NCBI GenBank assembly: GCA_963790025.1
Contig: CAWBMP010000004.1
Location: 384,001 to 448,000, forward strand
From: Nitrospirota bacterium
Lineage (GTDB): Bacteria > Nitrospirota > Thermodesulfovibrionia > Thermodesulfovibrionales > Dissulfurispiraceae
Reading direction: 5' to 3'
Length of the DNA stretch: 64,000 bases
Below, one piece after another: positions 58,487 through 64,000 of this stretch (position 1 is the first letter of the stretch; each line of letters begins with the position of its first letter). The notes below the pieces were generated by a model. That model had not been told where the DNA came from, did no database searches, and saw only the letters and a list, made by a program, of their open reading frames with translations. A program made the translations under genes and the position numbers.

Positions 58487-59887
58487 TTAGACCTCGACAG
58501 CCGGCATTGCCAGCTCTTCTTTGTCCAAACATTTCATCTCTACTCCAACCTCCGACAGCTCAAGGTGTTTGGTCTCCGGGCTGAACATCAGACTGACAAA
58601 GGTCATTGCCGCGCCAATCGTCAGAACAGACGAGGCAGACAGCCAAAGGTCACTCGGTCCCTCGATAACGGCAATAAAGGGCAGCGTATGAAAAAGGGCG
58701 ACCAGGGGTGTGATACCGGCGCCACCCACCAGCGCTCCTATCGAATAGCCAAAGCCGCAGCCGACAGACCGCGATTTTGTTGGGAACCGCTCGCAGAGGT
58801 AAGCCGGGATGACTCCCCATGCCAGCTTAAGACATCCAGCCAGCACACAACCGACGAGGGCCAGCTTGAAGTTCTTGCCGTAAGCAGCATTAATTAGGAT
58901 ATGGTAAAGCGGTATCCCAAGGACAACTACAGCGAAGCAATAGTATTGTGTCAGCCTTTTTCTGCCGATCTTATCAGAGAGCCAGCCGTAAACGTTGTAC
59001 CCGATAAAGGCAAAAAGGAGCGCTACGCCGTATAACTGAGTATAATCCACCAGCCCGAACTTGTTCTTGCCTTTGAGTATCTGCGGCAGGAACTGGTATA
59101 TTGCGTAATCTGTAAGGAAAAGACCGGTCATGAAGCAAAAGACCTGGAGAAATACCCAGATAGTGGGGGGCTTGAAGAGGCTTATAAAGGGCGTCTTTTC
59201 TATGGTGCCACCCTTCTTGCACTTCTCGAATTCCGGAGATTCTACCAGCGACCGCCGGATGAAGAGCGTCAACAATACCGGCGCTGCTCCGGTAGCAAAT
59301 ACTATGCGCCACCCGTAATCCTGCATTGCTGCTTCGCCGAGCGCTAAGGAAAAGCCCAAAACCACAAAAGACGCAATGGCGAAGCCGAAGGGAAACCCGG
59401 ACTGTATAAACCCGCCGATCGCGCCACGCCTGGCCCTGGGTGCATGCTCGATGGCAAATGCATGGCCTACAGCATATTCCCCGCCGAAAAAGATGCCCAT
59501 CATCAGTCTCAGAAGGCCGTATATTAGGAAGGCAGTGTCAACGCCGACCTGCTCCCTTGTCGGGATGAAGGCCGATAGCAGGGACATCACGCCGACTCCG
59601 CCGATGGTGAAGAGCAGCAGGAAGCGTCTGCCTATTTTATCCGCATAATGGCCGAAGAAAGCCGAACCGATAGGCCTGGCAGCCATGGTAATAGAGTAGA
59701 AAAGGACTACTGTCAGATACTGCCACGCCCCGGACTGGCCTGGCGAGGCGAACACCTTTGTTAATATTGGTGCCATGACAAGGACAAGTGCCATATCATA
59801 CGCGTCCAACCCGAACCCGAGGAACTGCGAGATCATAGCCCGTTTTGCATTACCCGTTAATACTGATGAATTACAATGTTCTGCCAT
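58487..59887 (-). CDS. MFS transporter (metabolite:H+ symporter-like)
   Basis: About 12 TM helices; GHYADKIGRR, GWLSDKIGRK, GGEY and PETK motifs. Confidence 0.93.
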   Translation of the reverse strand: MAEHCNSSVLTGNAKRAMISQFLGFGLDAYDMALVLVMAPILTKVFASPGQSGAWQYLTVVLFYSITMAARPIGSAFFGHYADKIGRRFLLLFTIGGVGVMSLLSAFIPTREQVGVDTAFLIYGLLRLMMGIFFGGEYAVGHAFAIEHAPRARRGAIGGFIQSGFPFGFAIASFVVLGFSLALGEAAMQDYGWRIVFATGAAPVLLTLFIRRSLVESPEFEKCKKGGTIEKTPFISLFKPPTIWVFLQVFCFMTGLFLTDYAIYQFLPQILKGKNKFGLVDYTQLYGVALLFAFIGYNVYGWLSDKIGRKRLTQYYCFAVVVLGIPLYHILINAAYGKNFKLALVGCVLAGCLKLAWGVIPAYLCERFPTKSRSVGCGFGYSIGALVGGAGITPLVALFHTLPFIAVIEGPSDLWLSASSVLTIGAAMTFVSLMFSPETKHLELSEVGVEMKCLDKEELAMPAVEV

Positions 59888-59996
59888 AGTCTTTCTCCCT
59901 CCATTCAATGAGTTAGCTTATAAATTCCCGGCAGCTTGTTACCCGGCAGCTACTCCATCTTGAGAGATGGGACATAGCTTTGTTGCGGGTTTTAAA

Positions 59997-60012
59997 AGCA
60001 AGCGGTGTGCCA
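59997..60012 (-). promoter_or_regulatory. Sigma-54 (-24/-12) promoter for the MFS-malic enzyme operon
   Basis: Minus strand reads TGGCACaccgcTTGCT; an NtrC-type activator gene lies directly upstream. Confidence 0.88.
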
Positions 60013-60078
60013 GGCGTGATAGAAGCATATCTCATTGTTTTACAATAATTTTACTAGTACAGAGCTAACGGATGAAGA

Positions 60079-60180
60079 TATAATAAAGATTATATGGTGT
60101 CCAGGCCGAACAATATTATACTTAATTTACAAGCAGATGACTATGCTATAAGAAAAGTTATGATTATAACTTTTCTTATA
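60079..60180. promoter_or_regulatory. Putative enhancer (UAS) sites TATAA-N6-TTATR
   Basis: Copies at 60079-60094, 60147-60162 and 60165-60180; the last two form a perfect 15-bp inverted repeat. Confidence 0.7.
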
Positions 60181-60225
60181 ACAAACCTTGCTGAGCAGAA
60201 CATGACATGTTCTCTATGCATTGCG

Positions 60226-61656
60226 TTATACCGACTCTTCAGATGACTCGGACTGCAGTTGTTTCAGGCGTTTGCTTAACGCGGGCTGAGAAATGCCCAG
60301 GAGGCGGCAGGCAATAGACTGGTTTCCGTCTGCGCGTTTCATGGCTTCAGCAACGAGGAGACCGACTGCCTGCTGGATGGTGGGAAGAGACTCTGATGAC
60401 TCAAAGATGTTTCGCCCATAATTCCGCGTCAAATGGCCGGCCTGCCGCTGTTGGCTGTCAATCCCCTGAAAAAATTTAATTGACAGGACGCTTCCAGGAT
60501 TCTGGACAACTGCGTCAAAAACCATTGACCGCAGCTCGCGGATATTGCCGGGGAAATCATGCCTTTCAAGCAAAGGGAGCAATTCAACGGGGGGCTCAGG
60601 TTTCAATTTGTCGAGCGTCCGGGCCGCCTCATCCAGAAAATAGTCAAGAAGCAGTGGAAGATCGTCTTTCCGGTCCCGAAGCGAAGGCATGTGTATCTGG
60701 TGCGTCCTGAGACGGTAGTAGAGGTCCTTTCTGAATTCCCCTTTACTCTGCTTTTCCGCAAGGTTCTGATGGGTCGATGCGATGACACGAGCCCTGAGCC
60801 TCTTCGGCTGGTCGCTGCCAAGGGGAAAGTAGTCGCCCTCCTGAAGAAGCCGCAGGAGCTTTACCTGAGAGACGTTACTAAGGTCGCCGATCTCGTCCAG
60901 GAAAAGCGTGCCGCGTGCCGCTTTCTCGATCATGCCGCTCCTGGGCTGATCTGCGCCTGTAAATGCCCCCTTGATATGTCCGAAAAGAGTGTCAGTGAAC
61001 ATGTGATCATCGAGTCCTCCGACGTTGACAGACACAAGAGGTCCCCTGCACTCGCTCAACACGTGGACCACATTGGCGATAAGCCCTTTGCCGACTCCGC
61101 TTTCGCCGGTGATCAGGAGGGGTTGGTTGCTCTTTGACACTGCCTCGACATACTGGAAAATAGATCGCATTGTTTTATTGTTTGTGATGATATCTTGAAA
61201 CGCATCAGGATTCTGGAGAGTGTCGTAGAGGAAGCGCCGGCTCATCTCGCGGTTTTCCCGCTGCATTTCTATAAGACGTATGGCGTGCATGACCACAGTG
61301 ATTATCCTGTCCTCCTCGGCTGTCTTGACGAGGTAATCGAAGGCGCCCTGTTTCATGCACTTGACCGCTGTCTCGATCTGGTTCATTCCGCTGACGACTA
61401 TCACTATTATTTCCGGATACTGCTCACTGATCATGCCGAGCAGTGCCTCTCCGGAAAGGTTAGGCATGGTTAGGTCCAGCAGGACGATGCCGACCTCGCT
61501 GACAGACAGCAGCTTCATAACTTCCCGGCTGTCCTCGCATGAGATTACGTTATTGATCCCTGCCAGCCGCTCCAGAGTGATACGCATTGACCTGAGCCAG
61601 GCCGGCTCGTCATCTACGAGCAATATCGAAAAGGACGGATAGAACTCTTCATTCAT
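60226..61656 (-). CDS. Sigma-54-dependent response regulator (NtrC family)
   Basis: REC domain, GESGVGK, GAFTGA, FLDEIG, FRKDLYYRL and Fis-type HTH. Confidence 0.97.
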   Translation of the reverse strand: MNEEFYPSFSILLVDDEPAWLRSMRITLERLAGINNVISCEDSREVMKLLSVSEVGIVLLDLTMPNLSGEALLGMISEQYPEIIVIVVSGMNQIETAVKCMKQGAFDYLVKTAEEDRIITVVMHAIRLIEMQRENREMSRRFLYDTLQNPDAFQDIITNNKTMRSIFQYVEAVSKSNQPLLITGESGVGKGLIANVVHVLSECRGPLVSVNVGGLDDHMFTDTLFGHIKGAFTGADQPRSGMIEKAARGTLFLDEIGDLSNVSQVKLLRLLQEGDYFPLGSDQPKRLRARVIASTHQNLAEKQSKGEFRKDLYYRLRTHQIHMPSLRDRKDDLPLLLDYFLDEAARTLDKLKPEPPVELLPLLERHDFPGNIRELRSMVFDAVVQNPGSVLSIKFFQGIDSQQRQAGHLTRNYGRNIFESSESLPTIQQAVGLLVAEAMKRADGNQSIACRLLGISQPALSKRLKQLQSESSEESV

Positions 61657-61660
61657 GGTC

Positions 61661-63442
61661 TTACACCTCCGGAACTGCCGCAGGCAGTTTTACTGTTACC
61701 GTCGTCCCCTCGCCCGGCGCCGACTCGAAACTAATCGTGCCCCCATGTTCCCTGATAATGCCGGCCGAAATAGCGAGCCCCAGGCCTGTACCTCCGGAAT
61801 CCCGTTTAGTCGTAAAAAAAGGATCGGTCAGGCGCGACAGGTGCTCCTTTGGTATGCCCACTCCCTCATCGGATACCCGGACAATCACGGAACCTGTATC
61901 AGGGTCGTTCAGAGTAGATACAAAGATACCCTTGTCCGGGCCCTCAAGTGACTGGCAGGCATTCAATATGAGATTTACGACGACCTGTTCGAGGCGGTGG
62001 AAGTTACCTTTGATTTTGGGTAGCGGTTCGGCATAGTGAACATTATAGTTATTTGTCGCCGTTCTCACCGAATTGTCCGCAAGACGCAGGGACGTCTGTA
62101 CAACATTATTCAGATCGACCAGTTCACTGAAATCGGCATCACTCTTTCTGGAGAAGTGTTTAAGGTCCTCCACTATACGCCTGATACGCTTCGCGGCATC
62201 CTGCATCTCGTCGAGCAGATGAGGTATCTCACGGCGCATGCGTGAATAGGCGAGGCCCCCCATCTGGAAATCGCCGTGTTCCACGTAATGGGCCTGAAGG
62301 ATCAGCTCTATGTCCTTCATCGCCTCGATGATTACGGGAAGGTTCAACAGGATCAATCCGTTTGGATTATTGATCTCATGGGCCATGCCAGAGACCAGGA
62401 CACCGAGGGCAGCCATTTTATCAGCCTGAATCAATTGCTGCTGTTGCAGACAGAGTTTTTCGGCCGCCAGCTTGCGCTCATCGACCTCGTGCTCCAGGGC
62501 CTCCGTCCTGATGGCAACCTGCCGCTTCAGCACCCTTGACCATGTAAGAGTAATACCGAGGACCAGAAGGAGAGAGGCAACTATTGACAGGCTGTGTTGC
62601 GCCATCCAGGACAGGCGGACTGAAGGCGTCTCTACATTGCCCAACCATTTGTCCTGAAGTTTTTTGTATCGGCCTGTATGCTTCAGGAGGGCCATTCCCT
62701 CTTCGAATTTGGCCAGGGTCTTCAGATTTCCCTTTTTTACGGCGTAACAATATTGCTTTGTATCTATGCTGCCGGCGACCACCCCCACATTCCTGATCCC
62801 CAGGTCCTTGATACTGTATGATCCAGGAAGTGTGGCCAGCACGGAATAGTCATATTGCCCGGAGGCAAGAAGTTTAACAGCATCAGCAACCGTGGGGGCA
62901 GGGACCGGCTGGATCGGCAGTCCCGCCTGCACAAAATAATCGTACATAACGCCCCGCCCCATCAGCACGACCTCTTTCCCGCGGAGTTCATTAAGCGAAT
63001 TGACCGGCTTTACCCCTTTCCGGGCAAAGATCGAATGTGATATGTAGGAGTGGGGGGACGAAAAATCCAGTATCTTCTGCCGGTCATCCGAATAAGAGAT
63101 GCCCTGCAGCACGTCAACGGTGCCGTCTTCCAGTGCCTTGCGCATGTCGGCCCAGGACTCGCCAAGTTCGATCTTGACATCAAAACCCATGGTCTCGGCA
63201 ATGGCCCGGGTCAACTCCACCACAAAGCCCGCAGGCTTCCCTTCCCTGTCAAGAAATTCATAAGGCGGATAGGCGCTGTTGCCGCCTACAATAATAGTCT
63301 CCATTGACCGGCCGGGGTCCTCCTGGACAATAGCGGCCCTGGGTTTTTCGGCAGAACATAGCAAACAAATCAGATAGATACAGGCGGCTGTAATCACCGG
63401 GAATAACATCTTACCGGTGACATTCGGCAGGGTTTTACGCAT
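61661..63442 (-). CDS. Sensor histidine kinase with amino-acid-type periplasmic binding (SBP_bac_3) domain
   Basis: YPPYEF...GFVVEL SBP fold, TM helix, AHEINNP, NLILNA, DPFFTTK and GTGLGL motifs. Confidence 0.95.
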   Translation of the reverse strand: MRKTLPNVTGKMLFPVITAACIYLICLLCSAEKPRAAIVQEDPGRSMETIIVGGNSAYPPYEFLDREGKPAGFVVELTRAIAETMGFDVKIELGESWADMRKALEDGTVDVLQGISYSDDRQKILDFSSPHSYISHSIFARKGVKPVNSLNELRGKEVVLMGRGVMYDYFVQAGLPIQPVPAPTVADAVKLLASGQYDYSVLATLPGSYSIKDLGIRNVGVVAGSIDTKQYCYAVKKGNLKTLAKFEEGMALLKHTGRYKKLQDKWLGNVETPSVRLSWMAQHSLSIVASLLLVLGITLTWSRVLKRQVAIRTEALEHEVDERKLAAEKLCLQQQQLIQADKMAALGVLVSGMAHEINNPNGLILLNLPVIIEAMKDIELILQAHYVEHGDFQMGGLAYSRMRREIPHLLDEMQDAAKRIRRIVEDLKHFSRKSDADFSELVDLNNVVQTSLRLADNSVRTATNNYNVHYAEPLPKIKGNFHRLEQVVVNLILNACQSLEGPDKGIFVSTLNDPDTGSVIVRVSDEGVGIPKEHLSRLTDPFFTTKRDSGGTGLGLAISAGIIREHGGTISFESAPGEGTTVTVKLPAAVPEV

Positions 63443-63453
63443 CCATTATTATC

Positions 63454-63999
63454 TCACAACTCCATCACCAGTGTATATAAAACAGGATATTCATCCTTAG
63501 CCATGGCTGCCTCTTCCTTCAGCAGTCTTAAAGCCTCGGGCGCATACTTCAGAAAAAACTTTTTACCCTTTACCAGGGAAAGAAATCCGTATGCTCCCAG
63601 GGCCTGCATGTGCCTCTGCAGACGGCAGGGTAGTATGGTCCCCTCAAACTTATCGGGATCGAACCGTATGCCTGCGCTGATTTGCATGCGCTCCACATAG
63701 TACGTCAACAGGCGCGCCCTAAGAGTGTTATCGAGGCGATAGTACGGGTCCCAGAGCAGTGAGACCACATCATATGCAGGGGGGGCCATCCGCGCCCCCT
63801 GATAGTCGATAAGCCTCGGATTGCAGGTGGGCTGCACGATCATTATGTTCTGCGATTGAAAGTCGCGGTGAATCACCGTCTTTGGAAAAGCATCGACTTT
63901 CAGGGCCAGTTGATCGAATTCATCCTCCAGTATCGCAAATTTTTGAAGGGACATCCCCCTGACACCCTTTACAAACCTTTCGACAAAATATCCCGTCTC
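63454..63999 (-). CDS. APH-fold phosphotransferase, AmgK (MurNAc/GlcNAc anomeric kinase)-like; 5' end outside window
   Basis: HRDFQSQNIM, IDYQGAR, YDVVSLLWDPY and LQRHMQALGAYGFL motifs; frame open to the window edge. Confidence 0.8.
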   Translation of the reverse strand, partial: ETGYFVERFVKGVRGMSLQKFAILEDEFDQLALKVDAFPKTVIHRDFQSQNIMIVQPTCNPRLIDYQGARMAPPAYDVVSLLWDPYYRLDNTLRARLLTYYVERMQISAGIRFDPDKFEGTILPCRLQRHMQALGAYGFLSLVKGKKFFLKYAPEALRLLKEEAAMAKDEYPVLYTLVMEL

Positions 64000-64000
64000 C

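Noticed and set aside
63454..63999. Aminoglycoside resistance kinase
   Set aside because: Motifs fit the housekeeping AmgK-like branch of the APH fold.

Overview
Ordinary bacterial chromosome of moderate GC, with no prophage, IS, CRISPR, rRNA or tRNA recognised. The gene set suggests an anaerobic Nitrospirota (Thermodesulfovibrionia-like) or deltaproteobacteria-like organism; this is an inference. Contents in order: the tail of a hopanoid cluster (hpnH, a CruF-like hydratase, hpnG-like, hpnI) interrupted by a receiver-domain gene and an MCP; a minus-strand cell-wall glycan block (polysaccharide deacetylase, DUF4015 hydrolase, AmiE-like/NamZ fusion) with a sigma-28-type promoter; a minus-strand dcw cluster (mraZ to ftsZ plus a radical SAM gene) that lacks murB, has four unrelated genes between murC and ddl, and has an S11 peptidase between mraY and murD; bioF; gpsA-larB; tupABC; hcpR-like/pncBA with a Crp/Fnr-controlled Fe-S gene; hypAB-tadA; ino1 with a PIP-synthase-like gene; cbiM; a PAS-Zn-PilZ protein; a decayed HigA antitoxin; and a sigma-54 two-component system upstream of an MFS transporter and malic enzyme. 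The most notable non-gene signal is a dispersed family of hairpin elements built from 6-7 nt tandem repeats. They sit at gene junctions, supply stop codons, and in one case encode a signal peptide.
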